From the NCBI RefSeq assembly GCF_009914755.1, contig NC_060944.1: a stretch of 64,000 bases of DNA. One strand, given 5' to 3'. The position numbers and the translations under genes were made by a program. The notes below the pieces were generated by a model. The model had not been told where the DNA came from and searched no databases. It worked only from the letters and a program-made list of their open reading frames with translations. How positions within the stretch are numbered: position 1 is the stretch's first letter; every line of letters begins with the position of its first letter. This DNA is from the human T2T-CHM13v2.0 reference genome, Homo sapiens. Positions 1-31,054 of this stretch are shown in pieces.

Positions 1-773
1 AGTAGTGTTAGAAATTTAAAAGCTTGGGAAGAACAGCTCAAGTCAAATCCTGAGTTTCAAATGATTTCTTCATGGTAAAGCTCTGTTCATAGGCTTCCAT
101 TCTCTCCCATACTCAAGCCCTAGTACACGGCTTATTCAGAGTTGCCAGCCAGGGCAGGGCACTGGGGAACGGGGAAGCCACTCCAGGGGCAGAAGAATTT
201 GGGGGCTCTAGCTCAAAGCTGGGAGATAAGCAGCTAGAGGACAGGCCTGGGGAGTGCTGTGGCAGTGTGTTCCAAATACATACCCAAAATGTGTTCAATG
301 ATTGTCTCCCAACCCAAATGCTCTTCTCTTATCCTGTGGGCTTGATGCTCCTCCCATTGAGAGGTGGGGTCTCTGTTCCCTCCTCTGAATCTTTGAATCT
401 GGCACCGTGGCAGAAGTGATGCTGGTGACCTCTGAGGCTAGTTCATAAAAGGCTATACAGCTTCTGCCTGGTTATCTTGGGACATTCACCTTTAGAACAC
501 AAGCCTCCATGTAAGAAGTCCAAGGCCACGTGGATAGGCCATGTATAGGTGTTCTGGCCAACAGCCAGAGATCTCAGTCTATACCAGCATCTTGGTATAA
601 ATCGCTTGCCAAACATGAATGATGATACCTCCAAATGACTCCTGGCCCCAACCATCAAGCACCTCAGCCTTTTGTCATCCCAATTGAGGTCCCAGATGTC
701 ATAGAGCAGAGACAAGCCATCCCTGCTGTGTTCTTTGTGAATTCCTGACTCCCAGAATCCATGAATATAATAA

Positions 774-1149
<376 letters not shown>

Positions 1150-1340
1150 TGATTTTTTTGAGACAGGGTCTTGCTCTGTTGCCCAGGCTGAAGTGCACTG
1201 GTGTGATCATAGCTCACTGTAACCTCAACCTCCTGGGCTCAAGCAATCCTCCTGCTTCAGCTTTCCGAGTAACTGGGACTACAGGTGTATGCTACCATAC
1301 CCAGCTAATTTTAAAAAATGTATTTTAAAATACATTGAGT

Positions 1341-2539
<1,199 letters not shown>

Positions 2540-2545
2540 CAAATA

Positions 2546-6010
<3,465 letters not shown>

Positions 6011-6226
6011 CAGGGGTGTTTTTAAATTCAAACAAGTGTTCCAACTTCACTCTTAAAAATAAAAAAGCAACGACAACCAAAAACAAAACCAAAAGAAGAA
6101 AACATATATACCAGTCCTAGCAGGTAACAGTGTAAAAATAACTGGAGATCGCGCCACTGCACTCCAGCCTGGGCAACAGAGCGAGACTCCGTCTCAAAAA
6201 CAAAAACAAAAACAAACCCCTCTGAT

Positions 6227-6388
6227 CCCCGAGTTTTCTGGGAGACTGATTTGAGTAATAATACAACTCTGGTCTCCCGCACAGCCCGCTCCGCGCGTGA
6301 ATTACCCTTTCTCTATTGCAATTGCCGTCTTGATAAATCGGCTGTGTCCAGGCAGAGGGCAAGGTGAAACCCCTTCGGCAACCTTACA
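6227..6388 (+). mobile_element. ERV1 LTR8 3' fragment, preceded by an Alu 3'-end remnant (~6144-6226)
   Basis: GGGAGACTGATTTGAGTAATAAT...CTCCCGCACAGC...GTGAATTAC...CTCTATTGCAATT...TTGATAAATCGG...AAGGTGAA...TTACA matches the LTR8 3' end as I recall it. Confidence 0.75.
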
Positions 6389-6499
6389 GGGCTGCCCTTC
6401 CGCAGCTCACAGCCTAATTGCTGAGAGAAATTAACCTAATAATAGTTGCAAACGGAACACCGGGCATGCAGTGTGAGGGGCTGGTCCAGAGCCTCTGAC

Positions 6500-7130
6500 C
6501 CACACTGGGAAGTCATGGACCGTTCAGGGGTCGGGGGCGACACAATGTCCGAGGTCTGCGACGTCCCTCCCTTGCTCCCTCTCATCCCTGCGACTTTCTT
6601 TCACCCGTCCTCCACACGAACGAGACCACGCCACCGAGAAGAAGCCTCTGGGGCGCGGGGCTGGTTAGAGCCCCAGAGCCGTCGCAGCCCGGCTCCAGGT
6701 GTACCTGCGCACAGGCGCCCCACGGTGACGTCAGGGACGCGACTCCCGCGATGCCCCGCGGGCCGCCTGATCCCAGGCGCGGGCTCAGACTGGGATCTCG
6801 GAGTTCCCCTGCGCCCTCCTGACGGTGCAGTCTGGCGGCCCGTGGCGCGGGCGCTGCCATGGAGCATCCTGGAGCCTTTGGCCTCGGTTTACATGGGAGG
6901 CCCCTCGAAACAGGGCACGTCACTTGCCCCGGGTCACCTGCGGGCGGCGAGACTCTCGGGTTGACTCCAAGGCCTGACATTCCCCTCCGGTTTTCACGGA
7001 GGAGGGTGAGGATGTTGCCAGGAGCTGCCGTAAGGCTGGAGGAGCTTGCGGTTGGGTCCACCCGCCTCTGGGCAGGCCTTAGCGTTCACCCGCGGTTTCT
7101 CCCTGACTTTGAACCCAAACTCCCTACCCC
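6500..7130. promoter_or_regulatory. Orphan CpG island with full CRE (TGACGTCA 6726-6733)
   Basis: High GC and dense CpG outside any recognisable repeat, with a palindromic CRE. No annotated gene start is recognised here. Confidence 0.75.
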
Positions 7131-7624
7131 GCAAGTCCTTCCCTGTTTGATTGCTGAACTCCAAGTGACAGAAGAACTGAACTGCAAGTGACAGAAGAAC
7201 TAAGTGTTGGCGAAAGCTGATGCTCCAGAGGGTGCAGAGTAGAGGTCAGGGGTGGGGGCCTCGCCATGGGGTATGTATAATGTAGCCCAGGGTCCTGGCA
7301 CCGAGTCTCTTCAGGAATGCAAGGGATTTGGATTAGATGGTGTCTTAGAGATCTAAATTATCCCCCTTTGCAATTGCATACCTAAAGAAACCGCTAGGGC
7401 TGGCATGAGCCTGGAAAAACACAGGCAGGGTTAATGGCCCTGTCCTTTAGTCAGTGGCCCCACACTTCTTCCAGTGACTCAGAAGGGGCCCCTGGAGTCA
7501 TGCAAATGGAACATATCCATCATGCGCCAAAACGTGCTTGTGTCTCCTTGTAATCCCTTCCTCTCCACAACCATTGTCACTTTAGATTGGTTTCTGTCAC
7601 TTTAGATTTGTGTGTAACTTCTAG

Positions 7625-15830
<8,206 letters not shown>

Positions 15831-16171
15831 AACAACAAAAAATAAAGTCTATTAAGGAGGGTCTCTTGGAGGCAGGAGAGGAAGCAGGGAGAGGCACAGG
15901 TAGGGTGAGGAGCCGCTTTAGGGTGCGGCTCTAGGGACCCAGTAGTGGCTTGGACTAGCGTGGGGGATTCCGCCCTGGCGCTTTCCCTGGCTGGCTCTCC
16001 CATGCTCGCGCCTCGCTCCCCTTCCTCGGTCTTCGCTATGTGGGATACTCCTGGGCCGCCCCGGACTGACACGTGAGCCAGGCCTCGGTCACATCCCGGC
16101 CCGCTCCACAACTCCGAAGTAGCGGCCGCCGCCCCTGTCCTGCAGCCGGCCCTGGAGGGTCTGGGCAGGTG

Positions 16172-16215
16172 CCGCCCCGCAGGCCCCGCCCCGCCCCGCC
16201 CCCTGGCTCCGCCCC
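16172..16215. promoter_or_regulatory. Tandem GC boxes (Sp1/KLF)
   Basis: CCGCCCCGC...GGCCCCGCCCCGCCCCGCCCCC...CTCCGCCCC. Confidence 0.8.
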
Positions 16216-16270
16216 TCACTCAGGCCCCTCCCCCGGCGCCCGCGCGCCAGGACTGGGCGGCGCCGACGCG

Positions 16271-16288
16271 CTTGGCGGGAGATAGAAA
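16271..16288 (+). promoter_or_regulatory. MYBL2: E2F site plus downstream repression site (CHR-like element) of the B-myb promoter
   Basis: CTTGGCGGGAGA followed by TAGAAA. This matches the known B-myb E2F/DRS cell-cycle repressor module (RB-family/DREAM). Confidence 0.88.
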
Positions 16289-16482
16289 AGTGCTTCAACC
16301 CGCGCCGGCGGCGACTGCAGTTCCTGCGAGCGAGGAGCGCGGGACCTGCTGACACGCTGACGCCTTCGAGCGCGGCCCGGGGCCCGGAGCGGCCGGAGCA
16401 GCCCGGGTCCTGACCCCGGCCCGGCTCCCGCTCCGGGCTCTGCCGGCGGGCGGGCGAGCGCGGCGCGGTCCGGGCCGGGGGG

Positions 16483-16502
16483 ATGTCTCGGCGGACGCGC
16501 TG
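16483..16502 (+). CDS. MYBL2: B-Myb coding exon 1 (MSRRTR C-)
   Basis: ATGTCTCGGCGGACGCGCTG|gtgag, 20 nt, phase 2. There is no upstream AUG in the GC-rich leader. Confidence 0.96.
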
Positions 16503-17097
16503 GTGAGACGAGCCGGGAGGGCTTGGGCCCCTCCCCCTCCCTTTAACTCACCCCTCCCCCACCCAGATACCCCCGACCCTCCCCAGGCTCCCACCAAGCT
16601 GGGGTGTGTGTGTGTGTTGGGGGTGGGGTGTTTCCGCGGAAATGCTGCGTCCTGGGCCCTCTGAGGCAGGGGCGCGCGTAAAGCTGGGGGGCTCTTGGGC
16701 GTCCCTCGCGGCTCCCCAGGCCTGTTGGGCCTCGGAGCTGGGACGGGCGGGTCTCTTGGGACCCGGGCCAAGCCGTGCATGATGTCATTTTGTCTCCCGC
16801 CTAATTGCGGGATGGGGGTGGGCCGGCCGGTGTCAGCTGGCAGGGCCTTCGCCGGCGAGGGAGGCGACCCCTGGGAGCGAGAGGGAGTCTTCAAGTCCCA
16901 GCCAGTGGGAGACCGAGCCTGGGAGGCACTTGTTGCAGCCTAGTTTTGGGTCAACTTGGTGGGTGGGCTTTGCTCCTTAACATTCCGGGGAGCACAGAGT
17001 CCCCCAAGCCCTCTCCCCTGGACTGAGAAGGGTGCTGAGTTGGGGGCTCTTTTGTCTCTCCCACCTGGGTTCCGCGCCCCAGCTTGGTTCGGTTTGA

Positions 17098-22840
<5,743 letters not shown>

Positions 22841-23004
22841 AAAATAAGTGAAGCAGAAGTGCCTATGTCTTAAAAAGAAGAAAAAGTAAGAGCCTCTCTC
22901 CCCCAGACCTTTCCCTAGGGTGGGCTGGCCGCTGCCTACACGTTCTCCATTATGTAAAACATATGGACACACCATCCTTGACCCTTGGCCTGCTTTCCCC
23001 ATAG

Positions 23005-23098
23005 CGAGGATCTGGATGAGCTGCACTACCAGGACACAGATTCAGATGTGCCGGAGCAGAGGGATAGCAAGTGCAAGGTCAAATGGACCCATGAGGAG
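23005..23098 (+). CDS. MYBL2: B-Myb exon 2 (-CEDLDELHY...KVKWTHEE), start of Myb repeat R1
   Basis: catag|C GAG GAT ... GAG GAG|gtgag, 94 nt, frame continuous with exon 1. Confidence 0.97.
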
Positions 23099-23454
23099 GT
23101 GAGTGCCATGGGGAAGAGAGGGTTGATGGCAGCTGGGGGCTGTCCAGAGGAACTGAGCCTGGAGTGTATTTGATGTCTCATCAGATGGGATGAAGAGGAG
23201 GAGCCGGTGAAGGAAGGGATGGGTCCTCTGATTGTCCTCATGCCTCTTCTCAGAGCATTCTGGGGGATTCTCAATTTTGAGGACTCAGTGGGTGGGAAGG
23301 GGATGTGTGTCCTAGACCTCAGGGCCCATTGTGTCTCCTGAGCAGCTGCCATGTTCTATGTCATGGACATTGATTGTGCTTTTTGCCTTTTGACTGCTAG
23401 GAGGTTTGGCCAAATCTGTAACTCCCCCCACCCTTTTTTTTTTTTTTTTTTTGA

Positions 23455-23604
<150 letters not shown>

Positions 23605-24305
23605 TGAGACAGTCTCGCTTTGTCACCCAGGCTGGAGTATAGTGGCATGATCTTGGCTCACTGCAACCTCTGCCTCCCAGGTTCCAAGCAATTCTCCTGC
23701 CTCAGCCTCCCGAGTAGCTGGGATTGCAGGCATGCGCCACCATGCCCAGCTAATTTTTTTTTTTTGTATTTTTAGTAGATACGGGGGCTTCACCATGCTG
23801 GCCAGGCTGGTCTCGAACTCCTGACCTCATGATCTGCCCGCCTCGGCCTCCCATAGTGCTGGGATTACAGGCGTGAGCCACTGCACCCGGCCTTAATTTT
23901 TGTATTTTTTAGTAGAGACGGAGTTTCACCATGTTGGCCAGGCTAATCTCGAACTCCTGACCCCAGGTGATCCACCTGCCTCGGCCTCCCAAAGTGCTGG
24001 GATTACAGGCATGAGTAACCGCACCCTGCCAACTCCCACTTTCTTTTTCTAAAATAATTAACTGTATTGAACCTTCTGACATCAAGCCCTGAATTGGTTT
24101 CCTTCTAGCTCCATCTTTTTATTTTATAATAAATGTGATTGAAATATAATTTATATGTAATCATATGCAATCAAATGCCCTTTTTTTAATTCCTTTTTGA
24201 GACAGGGTTTTTGCTCTGTCACCCAGGCTGGAGTGCCGTGCTAGCATGGCTCACTGTAGCCTCAACTTTCTGGGCTCAAGCAATCCTCCCCCGTCAGCCT
24301 CCTGA

Positions 24306-24533
<228 letters not shown>

Positions 24534-24959
24534 TGAGATGGAGTCTCTGTCTCCCAGGCTGAAGTGCAATGGCGTGATCTCCACTCACTGCAACTTCCGC
24601 CTCCTGGGTTCAAGCGATTCTCCTGCCTGAGCCTCCTGAGTAGCTAGGATTACAGGCACCCGCCATCATGCCCAGCTAATTCTTGTATTTTTGTAGAGAT
24701 GGGGTTTCACCATGTTGGCCAGGCTAGTCTTGAACTCCTGACCTCAAGCAATCCACCCACCTTGGCCTCCCAAAGTGCTGGGATTACAGGCATGAGCCAC
24801 TACGGTGAGCCGGTTTGATCACTTTTGACAAATGCATATACCAATGTAAGCACCACCCTGATTATCCCAAGAAGTTTTCTGTGGTCCTTTGTGGTCAGGC
24901 TTCCCCAGCTCCAGGAAATTGCTGATTTGATTTGTTTTGCCTTTTTCTTTTTGGGGGCT

Positions 24960-24984
24960 TTGTGTGTGTGTGTGTGTGTGTGTG
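24960..24984. repeat. (TG)n microsatellite
   Basis: Direct reading. Confidence 0.95.
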
Positions 24985-24985
24985 T

Positions 24986-25604
<619 letters not shown>

Positions 25605-26808
25605 ATGTTTTGCCTGTTCTTGAATCTTCTATAAATGAAATCATACGGTTACATTCTTTGCGTCTGGCTTTTGCTCAGCATTGTGTTGGGTGATTCAGTA
25701 ACTTGTCCTTTTCTATCACTGGATAGTAGTCCATTGTATGGGTATACCACACAGCGTTTCACCTGTTGATGGATGTTTGGACTGTTTGCAGTTTTTGGCT
25801 ATCGTGTATAGCGCTACCTTGAAGATTCTTGCATAAGTCTTTTTGCAAATACATGTTTCCCTTTCTTTTGGGAAGATAGGTATGGTCATGGGGTAGGTGT
25901 ATGTTTAGTTTTACAGAAACTGCCTTTTTCTTAATGGATTGTACCATTTTAGACTTCTACTGGCCTTTTTATTTTACCTCAGTTTTTCTTAGTGTCTTCA
26001 GTTCTTCAGTGTTTTTTGTTTTGTTTTGTTTTCAACCCATAGTTAACATCATAGATGTCTTTAATTTTAGGATTGGGTTTTTTTTTTTGTATTGTATTAT
26101 TTGTATTGCTTTTGTTTTTTGTTTTTAAATAGAGAAGAGGGTCTTGCTATGTTGCCCAGGCTGGTCTCCTGGGCTCAAGCAATCTTCCTGCCTTGGCCTC
26201 CCAAAGTGTTGGGATTACAGGCAGAAGCCACCATGACTAGCTTGTTTTGTTTTTTCTAAAACTTGCTGTGTGAGTGGTAAACTCCTTTTAAATCATGAAA
26301 GATGTTTTTCCAGATGCGTGCTAAGCAAACCTTTTCTGCTCATCCTGTTGTGGACCAGGGACTATATTTGGCTCTTGTGGGCTTAGAAGAATAAACAAGA
26401 CCAAGTTCCTACCCCAGAGCAGATTTCTCTCTGGAATGGAGAGATAAGACCGTGTGCAGGTCCCTGGAATGTGCTGTGGTCATCCGCGGCACCGGTAGGA
26501 TCAGTGTCTGTTGGTGCTCACTGTTGTAGCTCTGGGCACCTGCTAATTGTAAGATGAGTGGATGGCAAGTACCTTTAGAAGGAGAGATTACTGCTGCCTG
26601 AAGAGGTTAAGGAAACTTATGTGGAGAAAGTGACCTTTGAGCTAAGGATGAGGATTTGGAAATTTAGCAGTGAGGGAAGACCTACAGTGTGCAAAAAGTG
26701 GGTAAGTCAGATCAGGAAAGGGGCTATAGGTGGAGAAAAGCCAGTACAGGAGGCCAGTTTGGTGGGAGGGAAGGGTCCTTGAAGGGGAGAAATGGTTGAC
26801 GGAGATGG

Positions 26809-27549
26809 CCGCCCGGCCACCCCTACTGGGAAGTGAGGAGCCCCTCTGCCTGGCCAGCCGCCCCGACTGGGAGGGAGGTGGGGGGGTCAGCCCCCTGCCT
26901 GGCCAGCCACCCCGTCCGGGAGGTGAGGGGCGCCTCTGCCCGGCCGCCCCTACTGGGAAGTGAGGAGCCCCTCTGCCCGGCCACCACCCCGTCTGGGAGG
27001 TGTACCCAACAGCTCATTGAGAACGGGCCATGATGACAATGGCAGTTTTGTGGAATAGAAAGAGGGGAAAGGTGGGGAAAAGATTGAGAAATCGGATGGT
27101 TGCCGTGTCTGTGTAGAAAGAGGTAGACATGGGAGACTTTTCATTTTGTTCTGTACTAAGAAAAATTCTTCTGCCTTGGGATCCTGTTGATCTATGATCT
27201 TACCCCCAACCCTGTGCTCTCTGAAACGTGCTGTGTCCACTCAGGGTTAAATGGATTAAGGGCGGTGCAAGATGTGCTTTGTTAAACAGACGCTTGAAGG
27301 CAGCATGCTCGTTAAGAGTCATCACCACTCCCTAATCTCAAGTACCCAGGGACACAAACACTGCGGAAGGCCGCAGGGTCCTCTGCCTAGGAAAACCAGA
27401 GACCTTTGTTTACTTGTTTATCTGCTGACCTTCCCTCCACTATTGTCCTGTGACCCTGCCAAATCCCCCTCTGCGAGAAACACCCAAGAATGATCAATAA
27501 AAAAATAAATAAAGAAAGAAAGAAAGAAAGAAAAAAAAAAAAAAAGAAA
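26809..27549 (+). mobile_element. 5'-truncated SVA retrotransposon (SVA_D-like): partial VNTR + SINE-R + poly(A)
   Basis: VNTR units CCCCTACTGGGAAGTGAGGAGCCCCTCTGCC, SINE-R (CAGCTCATTGAGAACGGGCCATGATGAC...GAAACACCCAAGAATGATCAATAAA) and an A-rich tail. Confidence 0.93.
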
Positions 27550-27739
27550 GGATACACTGGGGCTGATTCCTCGAGGGCCTTGAATGTTGGGCTTAGAAGC
27601 TGTAGGATTGTTCAGCTCTCAATGCAGAGCCAGGTTAGCTTGGTTTTTGGATTGTTTTTTCTAACTCTGAACTGGACAAAGATGGAAGGTTTTTAATGCA
27701 GGGAGTGATGTGAATGTAGCCGGGCTTCAGGGGAGTTCA

Positions 27740-27907
<168 letters not shown>

Positions 27908-29092
27908 TTAGCTGGGTGTGGTTGTGGGCACCTGTAATCCCAGCAATTTGGGAGGCTGAGGCAGGAGAATCACTTGAACCCAGAGGCGGAAGTTGCAGTG
28001 AGCTGAGATCGCACCATTGCACTCCAGCCTGGACAACAAGAGCAAAACTCCGTCTCAAAAAAAAAAAAAAAAAGAAAAAAACATATAGAGCACAGGCTGG
28101 GGCTGAGAGACCAGTGCTGAGGGAGTGGGAGAGGGCGCTGTGCCAGGCAAGCAAGAGGTGGCTGTGGAGAGGGCAGTGCGGGGATGGAGCTGACCACGTT
28201 GGGGAGTCCCAGGGTGGGTGGGAAGAATGTAAGTTTGGAAATGATAGTATCCAGGTCAGTTGTCAGGGAGAGTGGTGGTGCCAGAGATGGACTGGGGAAC
28301 ACAGAAGGAAGCAGGTAAGAGCCTGGCCAGGGCAGGGAGGGGACATGGTATAGGTAGGGAAGGGTGTCCTGGGCTGGCTCACCCAGAGAATTTATGGTGA
28401 CTTTGCCCAGCCTGTGCTGGTTCTGGCCAAGCTGTAGTTGAGGGCTTTGATACCTGTCGTGGGCCACGTTGTGACCAATTTTTCTGTCTAGGAGCATGTA
28501 TACATATATACACATATAAATTTGTATGTGTGACAAAACCACCTCACTTTAAATTTATCCCCTTTTCCTCCCCCTTAAATCTACCCCTTAACCATCTTTA
28601 ACTTTGTAGTTCAGTGGTGTTAAGTATTTTCAGATTGTTTTGCAAAAGATCTCTAAAACTTTTTCATCTTTGAAATTGGAAACGAGGCTGAGTGTGGTGG
28701 TTTATGCCTGTAAACCGAGTACTGTGGGAGGCCGAAGCGGGAGGATTGCCTGAGTGTAAGAGTCCTAGACCAGCTTGGAAAACATAGCAAGACCCTATCA
28801 TTAAAAACAAAACAAAAAATACCCACCAACTTGGTGGGTCACGGTGGCTCAGGCCTGTAATCCCAGCACTTTGGGAGGCCGAGGCAGGAGATTGCTTGAG
28901 GCAGTCTAGACCAGCCTGAAGAACATGTGAGATCCTGTCTCTACAACAAAAAAATGAAAATTAGCCAGGCCTGGTGGTGTGTGTCTGTGGTCCCACCTAC
29001 TTGGGAGGCTGAGGTGGAAGGATCACTTGAGCCCATGAGGTTGAGGATGCGGGGTGGGCTGTGTTTGCACCACTGCACTCTAGCTTGGGTGA

Positions 29093-29485
<393 letters not shown>

Positions 29486-29660
29486 TGAAGTGTTGGGGTT
29501 AAAGGCATGAGCCACTGCTCCCTGCCTGATTTTGACTATTTTAGATGCTTCCTGTGAGTGGAATCCTGAGTATTTGCCCTGTCTGGCTATTTGACTTAGC
29601 ATAGTGTCCTCAGCTTTCATCCATGCTGTAGCATGTGTCAGAATTCTCTCGACTGAGTAA

Positions 29661-29972
<312 letters not shown>

Positions 29973-30982
29973 TGAGCCACTGCGCCTGGCTTGACATTTT
30001 CTTTATATATTAATTGATTTGACTGAGGAAAACTTTATATATAATTAACTACAACCATTTGTAGTACAATTCAGTAGAACCACCAGCACAGCCGGGCTAT
30101 AGGACATTTCCATTGTCCCCAAGACATTCCTTGCCCCCCTTTGCTGTTCATCCCTTTCCACCACTGGCCTCAGACAACCACTTTTTGTCCCTATAGCTTA
30201 GTTTACATTTTCTAGAACTTCATGTGCATGGAATCATACGGCATGTACCCTCCTGTGTCTGGCTTCTTTCACACATCATAGTGACACTGAGATTCATGTT
30301 ATCGCGTGAATTGGTAGTTCATTTCGGGAGGCTATTTTGATAGATACTAGCCTGTCTTCTAACTACTCTTGTTTTTGCCCAGACCTCCAGCTTCTAGTGC
30401 TGAATCACTGTCAGCTCTGGCCTGAGTTCAGTAATGACCTCCTTATGTCCGCTCGGCTCCCTTCCAGCCCCTTTCCCACCCTGTAGCAGGCAAAGAGAAC
30501 TTTACAAAGTTCTCTTCATAGAACGTTTGACTGTGACCACCCACTCTTCAAACACATCAGTGGTTTTGCATGATAGATGGTTGAACTGATGCTGCGAATG
30601 GTCTGGCCCCTATGGTTCCCTCCAAAATCATCTTGGATCTGTTTTGCTTCCTCCATTTTAGCTATTCTGCATTTCCTTGGAACCTGTCCCTTAGTGTCCC
30701 TGAGTAGGCAGTCACCACGTACCTCTCCATATCTCCCAGCAGGGGGTGGCTTTACTTTTGTTCCTGTGAGCCTTCCATTGGCAGCTGGCTCCCTCCCATG
30801 AGATCAGGGGCAGCTCTTTTGCTGCCTGCTGCTGCAGCTGTAGTGCCTGGCACCTTGTACGTATTCACTTCATGACGGAATGGATGAACGAGGCTGTTCT
30901 TTTAGATTGGGCTCTGTCACGGGCAGCCCTGAGGTTTTCTGCACGTATGTGTGCTGAGCCCCTGTCTTTCTGGTGTTGGCAG

Positions 30983-31054
30983 GACGAGCAGCTGAGGGCC
31001 CTGGTGAGGCAGTTTGGACAGCAGGACTGGAAGTTCCTGGCCAGCCACTTCCCT
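30983..31054 (+). CDS. MYBL2: B-Myb exon 3 (DEQLRALVRQFGQQDWKFLASHFP), R1
   Basis: ggcag|GAC...CCT|gtgagt, 72 nt, phase 0-0. Confidence 0.97.

Larger units (their letters stand above)
15950..16900 (+). promoter_or_regulatory. MYBL2: MYBL2 CpG-island, TATA-less promoter
   Basis: Dense CpG spanning the promoter, exon 1 and the start of intron 1. Confidence 0.92.

Noticed and set aside
16300-16482. Upstream AUG or CUG N-terminal extension of B-Myb
   Set aside because: No AUG in the leader. The nearby CTGs (16410, 16440) are out of frame, and an in-frame TGA lies at 16411.
26730-27493. ORFs across the SVA; VNTR units superficially like a repeat-spacer array
   Set aside because: Non-coding SVA VNTR and SINE-R. 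No unique spacers or cas genes, and the context is eukaryotic.
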